Source: Camelus dromedarius
Lineage: Eukaryota
NCBI RefSeq assembly: GCF_036321535.1
Contig: NC_087436.1
Coordinates: forward strand, 36,024,001-36,088,000
Direction: 5' to 3'
DNA: 64,000 nucleotides
Shown here piece by piece: positions 13,701 through 26,473 of the stretch. The first letter of the stretch is position 1, and each line of letters starts with the position of its first letter. The position numbers were made by a program, and so were the translations under genes. The notes beneath the pieces are model-generated. The model saw nothing but the letters and a program-made list of their open reading frames with translations, was not told the DNA's origin and did not search any database.

Positions 13701-14590
13701 CAGTCAGACACCACTATATAGCTATCAAAACAGCCAAAATCCAAAATGTTGAACACCAAATTCTGACGAGGATGTAGAACAACAAAAACTCTTAGTCACT
13801 GCTGGTGAGAATGCAAAATGGTACAGCCACTTTGGATGAGTTTGGCAGTTTCCTACAAACTAAACATACTCTTACCATATTATCCAGCAATCCTGCTCTT
13901 TGATATTTACTCAAATGAGTTGAAAACTTATGTCCAAACCAAAACCCGCACATGGATGTTTACAGCTGCTTTATTAATAATTTCCTAAACTTGGAAGCAA
14001 CCAATTGCTTCAGTAGGTAAAGGGATAAAGAAACTGTGGTACATCCAGACAATGGAATATTATTCAGTGCTAAAGAGAAATGAGCTATCAAGCCATGAAA
14101 AGACATGCAGGGACCAAAAATGTATATTAGTAAGTGAAAGAAACCAATCTGAAAATGCTACATATTGTATGACTCCAGCTATACAACATTCTGGACAACG
14201 TAAAACAATGGAGACTAAAACTATGGAGACATTAAAATGATCAGTGGCTGTCAGGGGTTGAAGGTTAAGGAAAAATGACTTACACAGAGTATAGAAGATT
14301 TTTAGGGCAATGAAACTACTCTGTATGGACTATAATGGTGGATATATGTTATTATACACTTGTCAAAATCCATAGAATAACTACACTGAGTGAACCCTAA
14401 TGTAATGTGATGATGTGTCAATTTAGGTTCATCAACCATACCGAATGTACCTCTTTAAGGTGAGATGACGACAGTGAGCAGATTGTGCATATGCAGGGAT
14501 AAGGGGCTTATGGGAATTCTCTGTATTTCCTACTCAGTTTTGCTGTGAACCTAAAATTGCTCTAAAAATAAAGTCTACTTAGAAAATACA
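10781..14590 (+). mobile_element. Old LINE-1 (L1MC1-like) with internal deletions; its 5' piece probably extends to ~10322 across the MLT
   Basis: Degenerate ORF2 pieces (11473.., 12609.. [15 protein letters not shown], 13571.., 14052..) and 3' end tttgctgtgaacctaaaattgctctaaaaataaagtct. Confidence 0.9.
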
Positions 14591-15036
14591 AAACAAATTT
14601 TTTCAAGGAAAATACTGAAGTCATTCAGTTAGAAAAATGTTACAGTAATGCAAAATAGAAAGAGTTTTATGAACAAAATATCATGGCAACAAGGATAAAA
14701 GAAGTGGATATATATGAGAAATATTAAGGGAATACAATCAATAGGGCTGGTAAATCAATGTCTCCATAAAGTTACTGGGTAAAAAGTACTTTAAATATAA
14801 AAATGTTGGATTTGAAGTGCCTGTGGGACAACTTGAGGTTCAGACATAAAAGAAAGAGGTATAACGTAGAAATACAAATCTTAGAGGCTTTGCCATAAAG
14901 ATGGTACCTGGAGAGATGAAAGTAGAAGAGATCATCCAGGAAGTATACGGTGAGTAAAGAAAGATAAACGAGCAATGAACAAAACACCCATATTTTATAA
15001 CAAGAAGTGGTAGAGGAATTTGCAAAGGAGAAGGCG

Positions 15037-15098
15037 TGTGTATTGGTCAGTTCAGGCTGCCATAACAAAGTATCACAGACTACGTTGCTCAAACAACA
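15037..15098 (-). mobile_element. Short MLT1 LTR end fragment
   Basis: gtgtattggtcagttcaggctgccataacaaagtatcacagact...aaacaac. Confidence 0.6.
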
Positions 15099-15099
15099 A

Positions 15100-15230
15100 C
15101 TTTTACTATCATTTTATAGATAAAGAAATTGAGGCACAGAAGTGGGGTAACTTGCCTAATATTCCACAATGAATACATGGCAGAGGCAGAATCTGAATAC
15201 ATAAATTGGGTCCAGAGTCTATACTCCTTA
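15100..15230 (-). mobile_element. MIR SINE
   Basis: cattttatagataaagaaattgaggcacagaag...taacttgcc, MIR core. Confidence 0.8.
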
Positions 15231-16199
15231 TAATAATATAAAGTAGTCCATAAAACTATAAAGCATAAATAACTTTAAAGAATTCTGTAAACCAAATACA
15301 TCAATGTGCCAAAGAAAATCTGAAATTATCTATGACAGCCATCTTTTAAATCAGTACGAGGAGATGGGGAGGGGAGCACAGCTTTCATTACAGTTGAAAG
15401 GAAACAACTGTTCTGAAGAAATATATGCTAGTCAAGAAGAAATTACCACCAAAACTCAGAAAATTAAAGCCAAAACCATTTGATGTCAAGAATCAATAAT
15501 GCTTTGAATTTTCTAGCTTATTACTACATGATAAACTATGCTGTCAGATTAGGGTGATCAATAGTCAATTTGAACCTAATAGTAAATAAATTATTTTAGA
15601 TTACCAACATATCTTATAATAGTAGACAGACATACATAGTGAGTTATCTTTGTGGATAGAATTGTGGAAACTGCATGTGCTCTGAATAACTGCAGTTTTG
15701 TATAGACTGTTAACATAGAGAATGACATAAAAGTATGTATTTTTCCATTCTGTCATGATTTCCCAGTAAAAATTCCAAGCTGATAGGCAATGCTCATTGC
15801 ATTCATATAGTTTTAACTCAAACACAGTGTCAGAGAAACGTGATTCTTAAACACACAGTTCAATTTATACTCTGCCAAGAGCAATTTTTTGAAGGGATTC
15901 TTTTTCCACAATCGTGGACCTCCTCACATGGTTGTTATGAACATAATTTTTCTTATTACTTCTTTTGTTGAATTAATACATGTCAATTCAAGTTATTTTC
16001 TGAGAACAATCTAAAAACTGAAGGAGATAAAATTCTTCTAAACACATTATTTTCTTAAGTGCCATAGATCTAAAAATGGTAACACAGAAAACTAAAATTC
16101 TGTAGTAATTATAACAAATGTTATACAATATGAAGTTTTAAAAATCATTCCAGTAAAACCTTCACTAATTAATGCTCAGTGGAAAGGTTGCTTTGAACT

Positions 16200-16440
16200 T
16201 GGAAAAGAGCTCTGATATTCAGTAAGCTTGGGTTCAAATACCAGCTTTATCACTATTTTGTGTGTGTAATCTTGTGGAAGTCACTTAAGCTCCCCGAGCT
16301 TCAGTTTTCTCAGTCAAACATGGGAAGACTCATATCTTTCTCAAAATTACATAAAATGGATAAAGGAGATGATCTAGCACAATACTTAGCACAAAGGAAA
16401 TGTCAATAGATAGTAAGTTATTAGCATTACCATTATTACA
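16200..16440 (+). mobile_element. MIR SINE
   Basis: gggttcaaataccagct...aagtcacttaagctccccgagcttcagttttctc. Confidence 0.8.
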
Positions 16441-18724
16441 ATTATCACCATTATACCTGGCTTAATGAAGATATCTTTTACAAGGTATCTTAACAATTAA
16501 ACTAAAAAAGGTATGTCTGGTACATAAATGTTTACTGAAATAAAGCACAAGTGAGATGTATGATAAAATTTCAGAAGCTAGGATATCACAGGTCAGCAGA
16601 TACTTGCCAATTCATATTGCCAGTTCCCTACTTAGCTTTAAACATGGCAGAAAGTATCAAACTTACTTAAATTTTGCCACGAAAACCACCAATGATTCTA
16701 AGATTTAAAAACTACTCTTCTTAAACCCTTCATATCTATTAGGCATTCCCAAACAGTAAGCCTATTAAATAAACTACTAAAAGACATTTTGTTGACACAA
16801 GATGTATTAGTAGGAGATTGCTATACATCGGTAATGAGAGTTCTTTACATTTTAGTCTTAACCATACATTAGCTGTTCAAATGTAATAGTTTGGCTCCTC
16901 AGAGTCCTCAAGGAGAAATTTATTTTGAAGAGTGAAAATTTCCAGATAAGGAGATTTTTATACTTCTCAGATACTTTAATACTTTTAAAATGATTCAAAA
17001 ACAAAACAAAACAAAATGGAAGGCCCTCTAAAACAGAAAAAAAAAAAACCAAAAAACAGAATATACTGTAAGACTGTGTGCTCAGATGCAGAAATTCCTG
17101 GCTCAAAAAACAGAATGAGAAGAAAATTTCCATTTCCTTGGTTTCTTGGATCTACACCAAAAGAAGTTCTCTTCATTTGTTTTTTTTCCTATCCTCTTTT
17201 TTTGTGTCTTCTAAACTAACTTAAGTTTTTTTTTTGTTGGGGGGGGTGGCTACTGATTCAGGATCTTCATTTATATACTCTTAAGCGTGGTTATAGACAG
17301 ACAGGATTAAGAACCTAGGGAATTATATGTATACTCGCTTTCATGAGAAAAGACTCAATTTGATTGCCCGAGAATAAAATATGCGTGACTGAATAGCCTT
17401 CTGGCCGAGGGTAACATGGTGACCTTTCTACCAAATTAATTAGTATACCAAGGACGTCCACAGTCTTTCAAATTGTTTTCTTGCTGACTTAATAAGTATG
17501 ACCTTAATTACTGTTACTATCCTTTCTTATCCTCGGAATACTGTTGCTATCAACTACATTAAAAAGAACATCTATCATTTCTGTACCCTTAGCACAACTG
17601 ACAAACTTTTGTGAGTCTGGACTCACTTTTAGAGTTAGTATATACAATAACTACTGAATTTTTTTAAAGCATCATTTAGCCCTTCATTAATTCTTTTTAG
17701 AGCTCTTTGACAGATAAATGTATTCCAAAGCTTACAAATAACTTTTTATAATGAAGATGACAATGCTTCTCTGAACATAAATGCAGGTGACAAAATTCCA
17801 AAAGATAGTCTCAGTGTTTAATTTTAGAAGAAAATTGGTTCACAAATGACACTAAAACAAGATGAAATCAGACTCTGTAAGAACCAGCTCAGTGAACCTC
17901 ATCTCTAGTTTCTGAGCATTCATTCCCTTACTCAAAAAATAAATGGGTGCTTCTTAACTAAGAACTGTGCTGAACATCTGAGATAAGAAGATGAAGATAC
18001 TACTGTCCCCTTGAGGATTTCATAATTATTGGCACATATGAATGAGGCAGTTAACTAGATAATACATGTATAGGTCCTTCTAGTTTTAAAATTCTATGAT
18101 TCTGTGTTGGTAATCTGGAGCACATAAATTATTTAATTCATTATGTTTAGGAAAAAATATTAATAGATTCAGAAACTTAATGACACTTATAGTTGGGTGT
18201 TTCTAAACAGAAAGAGGTGAAACTCATACTTGTCCAATTTGCTATTTGGTGTAGAGGAGCTGGTGGCTATAATTAATGTTGAGGACTAGGTGAAGGAAAT
18301 TCTTTGGATTCTCATTACCCATGCTGCCTTTGCCCTTTATTTCCACAGATCATTGAGCACTAGCTGGAGAACAGCATAGTGAAAATGTTTTATGGACTGA
18401 GAAATATTCTTGGCTGACTTTCAAAGCTGCAGTAGGAAACAAAATTCATAAAACTGACATCCTAGGAAATCAAAACCAACTCCAAGAAAAAGTTTAAGGG
18501 CAAACATGTAGTCACTAACATAATGAAATGATCGTATAAAATTTTATTATCTGCTAGAGATAAGCAACACAACGATGCAAAAAAATCGTCAGCTTTAGAA
18601 AATATTGAAATTAGACTTTCCCAGAAGATTTTTTTTCCCTTCAGAAGTCAAGCTCTTTTTCCAAATGATCCCTATTCAAAAGTCACAATGTTATGAACTG
18701 AAGGGACTTTATGATAGCTTGAAA

Positions 18725-18904
18725 CAGGTCAGAAAACTATAGCCACAGACAAATCTGGCCAGCCAACTGTTTTTTATTTGATTACACATTCTCTACATCT
18801 GCTTTCGCACTACAGCAAGAGATAAACAGCTGCAGTAGAGACTGGCCCCAGAGCTAAAAATATTTACTAATTGGGCTGTTACAGAAAAGAGTATACCGAC
18901 CCCT
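18725..18904 (-). mobile_element. MER58A-like hAT relic
   Basis: aaactatagccacagacaaatctggcc...aaaaatatttactaattgggctgttacagaaaaga...gacccct. Confidence 0.75.
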
Positions 18905-20000
18905 ATCTTAAAGAATCCCACCATCATGATAGTAATTGTTACACTGATTTTATTTTTCAATAGTGAAAATTTCACAAAAATATGTATTTCCCTTCAACTC
19001 TGCCAATAAAGTGTAATCTCCCATCATCTCTTCATATGATTTCTAAATTATAGATCAACATCTTTCATACCCAATTTAAATTTAAAGATTTTTTTCTGGT
19101 ATAATTTTTAAATGTCATAAAGAGTTCTAAGCGGTAGGCATCCGAATTTGTATCTTAAAATCTACCTCTCACACCCCCATGGTCAAAATTTAGCCTTGGA
19201 AGAGACCTACAGAAGACAAGCCAAACATAATACTAATTGAACACAAACATTACTTACAATGATTTTCTTGATACATGTAAAATATAAGCAAATTTTCATT
19301 TTAAAGTAAAAAAAAAAAATAGATACAATAAGAGACCTATGTGTCCTATACCAACAAGAAATAATTCTCAGTTCCTAGTAAAATGCTGCAACAGGTCACC
19401 TCTCTAAGGAAAGTCATACCTTTAACCCATGCTATAGGACTTAGCCACAATGCACAACAGTCAGAGAAATCTGCTTCATTTTATAAAACTATTATAATGA
19501 AAAATCTACTACATATTTTCCATTTCTCCTGTTGCTGTTTCCCTCAGCACTTCTGTTTAATATTAAAAGTTTGGCAATGTAAAAACTATGAAACAAGTAT
19601 AAGTTAGGGAAAACTGCATACCAGGAAACAGGCATTGAATTTAACAATTCAAAACACAGATATACAAAATAATAGTGGTTAAAAGGTATTTAATAAGTTG
19701 TTAAGTTTCTCAAACATAAAAACTATTCTTTAAATATTTAGATACATGAATTTTTTCCCTGACATGAACACACTTTTTCTGTCCCCAATCCTGAGCCTAA
19801 GAGGCGGCAGTAGTCCAGTTCAAAGAGCTCTACAGAAGACATGAGTTCTAGTCTCGTCTAGGCCACAAAGGAGTTATGTACCTCTTCTCTTAAATTCTAG
19901 GGGATTCTATTCCTTCTGAAGAATAAAATATTGCACTAGATGACTTCTAAGAACTTTTCCATCTATAAAATTTTATCATTTTATGAAATTTTGAAAAACA

Positions 20001-20034
20001 TTTTAATGTGATTTTGAAAAAAATCACATTAAAA
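20001..20034. repeat. Perfect 15-bp inverted repeat with a 4-nt loop
   Basis: ttttaatgtgatttt-gaaa-aaaatcacattaaaa. Confidence 0.9.
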
Positions 20035-20904
20035 AAATTTATAATCTTCCTTGCAGAGTGTCATTTAGAGAAATGATGCCTACAAAAATTTCTTCTACAG
20101 TACTCAGTGTCAGGAATTCATTGAATTTACCTGAAATCTGGCTATGCTGCAAAAGAGGCTACTCCATTTCCTGATCATTACTTTAAAACTCAGAGCTGTT
20201 TTCAGAATGTTGCTAAGCCTGGAATCTTCATTTTCAATGAAAACTGGCTTAGAACTTCTTTCTTTTTCCCCCAACCACTCCAAGTGGAAACCAATTCAGG
20301 ACTATTAAGTGCAGAAACAGCTACATAAGAAAACAGTTTTTAATATCACAGATTCTCTAATACCTCACAGAATATATCAATCAGTCAGCTTTTAACTGAG
20401 CACTTAATCTTTTTCATTTTTCCATATATTTAATCATTTTTACATACTAGTCATAAAATATCCCAAATATTTTTTATATGATAGCATTAGTTTTAGAAAA
20501 ACAGAATAGATCATCTTCTCTTTCTCCCAAAAAAATAATGTCTTTCTTTTATTTCAAAAATACTAATTTTTCATATTTAAAATTTTTGAAATCAGGATGT
20601 CACTTGGAGTTGGTAATTTCTCAGCACCATTTCATAGTTTAGGGTTGCATTTTTCTTCATTAATGTAAAATAATGACATGTCTTACAACTAATGGCATCT
20701 TAGACTAATGAAATGCTATAGTGCCTGCCATCTGTAGAATGCTTTTTCTAATTTCCCAAATGCTTCAGTTTTCTCCACTAGAATGTGAAGTCTGTTGGGG
20801 CAGGATTCATTTCTATCTCTATTACTATATTTCTATTTTTTTGGAAATGATCATTATTTTAAGAATATGAATGCAGAAATTATGAGAAACACTAAAGTGT
20901 CTTA

Positions 20905-21042
20905 AGCAGTTACTAAATGCCAGGTACTATATGATGCACTTTACATGTATTCAATTCCAACAACCTGGAACTTATTATTAGTATTATCTCTATTTTATAA
21001 ATGAAACAAAGGCTTGAAGAGGTTAAGGAAATTGCTCTTAGG
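20905..21042 (-). mobile_element. MIR SINE
   Basis: tgccaggtactatatgatgcactttacatgtatt...tattttataaatgaaacaaaggcttgaagaggttaag. Confidence 0.7.
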
Positions 21043-21274
21043 TCCTTTGCTCTGTTTTATCCCCAACACAAACCCTGTTGCAGAAAAAGTAGTCAATAAA
21101 TACTTACTGAATATGTAAATGAATGAATGCCTACAAAGGAGTCTTATGACAGCCTGGCTAGACAGGCAGAGTCATTACTAATATAAGTCACAGAGAAAAT
21201 ACACAGTAAATACAATCTTGAAAGGTTAATTAAGTACTTGGACCTGAAATCCTGGAATCTGTAGTGTGGTAGTC

Positions 21275-21495
21275 GAGTGAAAAAGTGGCTCAGAGTATCT
21301 GCTCTAGAGTCGAAATACCTGAATTCAAATGCCAGCCTGGCTATTTGTGATACATGACGCTGAGTAAGTTATTTATAGATCTATACGCCTACGTTTCCAC
21401 ACCTGTAAAGTGGAGATGAGAACAGACCCTACACCTCCTGGGACTGTGATGATGATCAGAAGTTTAATACAAGCAAAAGGCCGTAACATAGTAAG
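21275..21495 (+). mobile_element. MIR SINE
   Basis: gctctagagtcgaaatacctgaattcaaatgccagc...acctgtaaagtggagatgag. Confidence 0.7.
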
Positions 21496-24088
21496 TGAGA
21501 TCCAAAGGGAGTCACTTTATTTGGAAGTTAACTAAATAAATAAGATGGACCCCTGCAGCTAGTGACCCTAACTAAATTGGAGAGAGATGTTCCTAGTTCC
21601 AAACCTCTTTAGTTCTGCTTGAGGTTTGGCATTACCAGGCAATTAACGTCAGCTGGTGAGAATAATTCAGGATCCTGTCACTAGCTGGACTCTCCTAGAC
21701 AGAGGAAGTTGTTCTAGGAGTCTCTAGGTTAGTCTAGCGGCCATTTCCTCAGTCAGAGGAGACTGGCCAAAAGAATGCAGTACATGGGGACTTGTCCTAC
21801 ATTTCTCCGTTTCTGGGGACAGAACTGCTGCCTAAGACAAGACTGACTGATGACTTACTGCCCAGCCTGCTCTCTTCCTCCCCACTACAATCAGGAAAAA
21901 AGTAAAAATTTAAGCTTGCTGTGAGGCAGGGCAGAGTACTGGAGCCAACTGTACAATATTCTACTTCAAATCAATGCAGGTGCCTTTTTGTGAGTTTTTT
22001 CTTCACCTGTAAAGCACTCCAAATAGTTCCTAGTATACGATAAGCACTAAATAAATATTACCCAATATTATTATTAGCACAGTATAATTCAAATCTCTTC
22101 CCTATTTCAGTGCCTTACTCCATGCCATATTATCCACTTTCCAAAGAGCTATGGTACTTTAATAGCATTTTCATTTTCCCAAATGTTATAGAGCTCATTA
22201 AAGCACTTTGCAAAGGAAATCTTATATTTCCAACTCATAATATGAACTAAGACACAAAATCTTATTCAGAACATCCATAATTTAAATGAGCATACAGAAA
22301 AAAAAGAAGTAAATAGCAGGCTTACTTATTTTCCTGGTCCCAAAGAAACATAAATGGGACAGGGAAGAGGAGAAAATAGTGGTTGTAAACAGACGATTTT
22401 ATAAGCATGAAAAATTTCTCTTTCCGAAAGCACAAACATTTCTAAAGCTAAGCAAATAGTATGTCTATGCTCTATTTACAATGCGCAGGTTGCAACCCTC
22501 AGTTTCATGGCTAACCTGAGTAAGTTCAAATAGTCAAAATAATTGATTTAACATGCACAGGATAGTCAGGACGAGCATGTGTCATAATTCATGGCTCAAT
22601 TTGTTAAACATCTTAAGTCTGGAAATTAAAATCCTGATAAGAAGAAACAGTCTTCTTAGGCATTGTCATTTCTGGACTAGTTATATTGAGTTTGATCTGA
22701 ATATTATAACAGAAAGCAGATAATAACTTTGAAAAAAATGAAAGCAATGAATATTCTACAGCCCAAAATTATTTCAAAAATTCCTAGTTGTTGGATTTTC
22801 TTATTTTTCCATGTTTTCCTATATTTTCTATTTCTTTAACAATGTATAAAATTGTTTTAAGTATCTTGGGAATTTTATACTTTAGCTCTCTACCAACAGC
22901 TGTTTTTTTAATTTCTAGAAATTGTGTTCAATTCAAATAGCTGAAGAACAAAAATGTATGTATGGAGCTTTTATTTGTTTTAGCTTTCAGGTAATAGTAA
23001 TCTAATTAGATACAACAATCACTTTCTAGGTAATGCTGGTCCATCACACAATTATGGGGGAAAAACCCCAACTGAAAATAAAATATCATTCTATGAGATT
23101 CTAATGGTTATTAAAACCAAACTACAGGACTTAGTGCAACTAAAGTGTAACTAAAACTCTCTATTTTGGACCATTAACATTATATTTGCTATTCAGTCTT
23201 ATCTTTGTTTTCTGAAATATCAACTAACTCAGCCAAAAATTCTTTGTATGTAAAGGAAACTTCACAGAACTTATTTGTACTTTATCTGAATGAGTTACTG
23301 AGGAAGAGCTCACAATATGAAGACTATCAGAATAAATGATATATAGAGGCTGCAAGTTATCAGCATCTCTAATACATTTGCAAATTCCTACTGAGTCAAA
23401 TTGTCTGCAAAAACAGGTTATGTCTACCAAGTGCCTTGTCTGGTTTCTTATAAATTATATTTCAAAAGCACTTTATGAGAACTCTGCTACATATTCCACC
23501 TCCCATCTGGCTCATATTTAACGTTTCCCATCCTGTTCCTTTTTAGGCTCCAAAACCAGATGTCTCTGGTGTCACATAAATGTGGCAGATCACCCTACTT
23601 CAGCAAACTTCTCTGGCTTCTTTCTCTTCTCTTGCGGTCAAGGTGAACTTGAGTTGTTTGTAACCTCTTGCTCCATCTCACTTCCAAAGTAATAAAAGGT
23701 TCTCAAGTACTTCAACTCATAAAACAACAAGACTGGTAGGTATTTACAGGATATTGAATGGGTAGGGTGGAGAGCAGGCCAGGCTACCTCCGAATGTTTC
23801 CTATTGACAGTTATATTCTCATCTGATTAGGCAGCTCTATCCAGTAAAGAAGAGAGCAGCAATGCCTCTTACCAAATTTAGTTCTGAGACTTAGACGGTG
23901 CCTTCTGCCATCACTGCAATAACATCAGCAAAACTTTTATATCCAATGTGTTCGTAAGTGTATAAGCAGGAAATTACACAGAAAGCACACAAATTAACAT
24001 TCTCCAACATGAAGTACTTGTAATACATATTCCTTAAAAAATCTCTAAACAATTGTAGGGGGGAAAAATCATACTTGTAAACAGTTCT

Positions 24089-24140
24089 GATATATATATA
24101 TCTACATATATATATATATAGATATACACTATATATATTA
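24089..24140. repeat. Interrupted (TA)n microsatellite
   Basis: Directly visible. Confidence 0.9.
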
Positions 24141-24645
24141 GAAATGATATTATAAATAATCCCCTTTATTGACTGAGATTCAGAAACAAAGCTATTAATA
24201 CTAATTTTTATTCTATTGGAACCAATGATATTTTAGAAAACATGATTTAATTCACAGAATATTAAAATCTGTATGATGACATTTTATTATAATTGGGTTC
24301 TAGTGTATCAAAAATTATGCTTGAGCTTTATTTACAGTTTTAACCATATATTAATAACAACCCAAATTTTGATAAGCAGTGCAGGGGGCTTTCTCTGGAT
24401 AGTGAACTATAAAAATTAACTCAAATACCCCAAATGGATATCAGTCTTTAAAAAAATATTGTATATGAAAATACTATAAAGTAATGACATGAAAGAATGG
24501 GTATAAGAGGAAAAAAAACTACATGAATTGAAAAATGTTTTATTTTAGGACAAATGTATTAATAAATAAAATTTGTATAAGAAATGCTATTTCTTCTAAA
24601 CTGTAATTGCTAGTATTTAATAGCAGTCCTATTATATATTTCTTA

Positions 24646-24750
<105 letters not shown>

Positions 24751-25004
24751 CTAAAGATCAGCAAATTCCAGGAAACCTTGTAGTTGGTTTTAGTTTGAAA
24801 ACTGCATTTAAAACCAGATCTATTATGTACAAGTCTACCAGCACAATCACTTTGTATACAACCTATAACAGATGTATACACAATTCATAATGGATGTAAA
24901 TGTATCTTCTTCCATGGTGCTTACTTGCAAACAGAGACAAGACACCAACACATATTCAAAGAGGTGTGTAGGAGACAATCTGATTAGGTAATTAGATAAT
25001 CTCC

Positions 25005-25210
25005 ATTAAAATCCCACTGACACCACTTAGTAGCTATGTGACTTTCAGTGGCTAACTTCTCTAAAATTCAATTTCTACATCTATAAAATGGAGATTATGA
25101 TCAAAGCCTGTCTCAGAAGTTTATTTTAAGAACTGAATTAAAAAAGAATGCAAAGCATTTAGCATAATGCCTGGATCATAGTAACAGCTCAGTGAATGAC
25201 AGTTATTATC
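25005..25210 (+). mobile_element. MIR SINE
   Basis: ccacttagtagctatgtgact...tttctacatctataaaatggagat...aaagcatttagcataatgcctgg. Confidence 0.8.
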
Positions 25211-25723
25211 TACCATTAACACATTTTTAAAAGAAAAATCATAAATGTGTAAAATCAGCCAAAATTTAGCATATAAAAACCCAAAAGCCACACACCTTGC
25301 TCATTTCTCTAAAGACTACATGGGAAAAATAGCCAAAACTTTTAAGAGCATAGGTCGGTTAAACCAGAAGTCATTCAGACTATCAACATCAAAGAATAGC
25401 CAGACAACCATGGGGCAATCTGGAAATGGCCTAGAAAAAGTCAGCAAAGGAAGAAAGAAATCCAAACGGTACTACCTATAACCTAGGCCCCCATTTTCTA
25501 GTCACAAGTATCATGACCATAAAAATTACACAACAGTTACCAAAACATTAGCATTAAAAAACATCACCTTTTTCATATTTCATCAATGATGGTGCTTTCA
25601 TCACCAGTTAATGTTTTATATGATCATCATCATCTAAATGTCAAAGGCAAAAAAGGCCAAAAAGTAACTTAATTTTTTTCTCAGATGTAAAAAGAAAAAT
25701 TCTAATCTCTAATACTCCTGATG

Positions 25724-25826
25724 GGTACCTGGATATTTTACAAATGAAGACCATCCATTCCATTGGTACTTATGTGTTCTTGTCCTTGCTTAGCTTCAGT
25801 GAGAACACAGGGTGTCTGTGTGAGGC
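25724..25826 (-). pseudogene. Possible highly degenerate 5S rRNA-derived relic (pseudogene or head of a 5S-derived SINE)
   Basis: Colinear blocks similar to reverse-complement 5S: gtacctggatatt, ccattcca..gtact, tgtccttgcttagcttc (exact TGCTTAGCTTC at 25787-25797), cagggtg. Confidence 0.4.
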
Positions 25827-26419
25827 AGGCCAATCTCTACTTAAGAAACCCAAGACTTGTGGTCAAACTGCTATAGTGACCCTACTCCAGTGCCTTGATT
25901 CTGCATGAATTTCCTGGTTTTGTAGCTTCTGCAATATAGAGTGGCCAATAGGCCAATCAGGCACTGGCTTTAAAACTTGAGAGAGGGGAGGGGGATTAAT
26001 TTTCTAAATCACCAAAGGTAAAATAAATAAGGAGAGTATAGTAAAATTTTCATATACTAAGCTTATTTGATTTAAAGAACCACCTAGTGTTAAAGTACTT
26101 AAATCTCACTCTGAGATCATGTGTTCTTTGTTAAGTATAGACATAGCCTTTTTTTAAAAGAAGGAAAAGGAAATGTTGATAGCTGTTTAAAAAGATACTT
26201 GGTAAAACTGAAGGCTGCTAATAGTAAGATGTTGAAAAACAAAACCAAACTATTGTAGATGCCCAAAATTACATTTTAAAATAATATTTGCCTAAAAAAA
26301 TATGCCACTAGAATTTGGATTTAGAAATTTCAAAACTTGTAACCCTAAACAAAATAAAAACCATACAGGACAGAAGTGAGGTTCTCCTATGCAGAGTTCA
26401 CTTTAAGGCATAATCTTAC

Positions 26420-26473
26420 CTCTCTAACTGCTCTTTCAGATTCACCAACATATTTATTCATTAATTCAGGCCC
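26420..26473 (-). CDS. AFG2A: SPATA5/AFG2A coding exon (probably exon 12): GPELMNKYVGESERAVRE, pore-loop 1
   Basis: Read by hand, too short for the ORF track. Acceptor tttccttttcatgcag|GGG, donor GAG|gtaaga; 54 nt = 18 codons, phase 0/0, continuing LAIK|GPEL. Confidence 0.96.

Noticed and set aside
14200..14238. Repeated KTMET peptide / aaaac(a/t)atggagac duplication
   Set aside because: Small slippage duplication within a dead L1 3' region.
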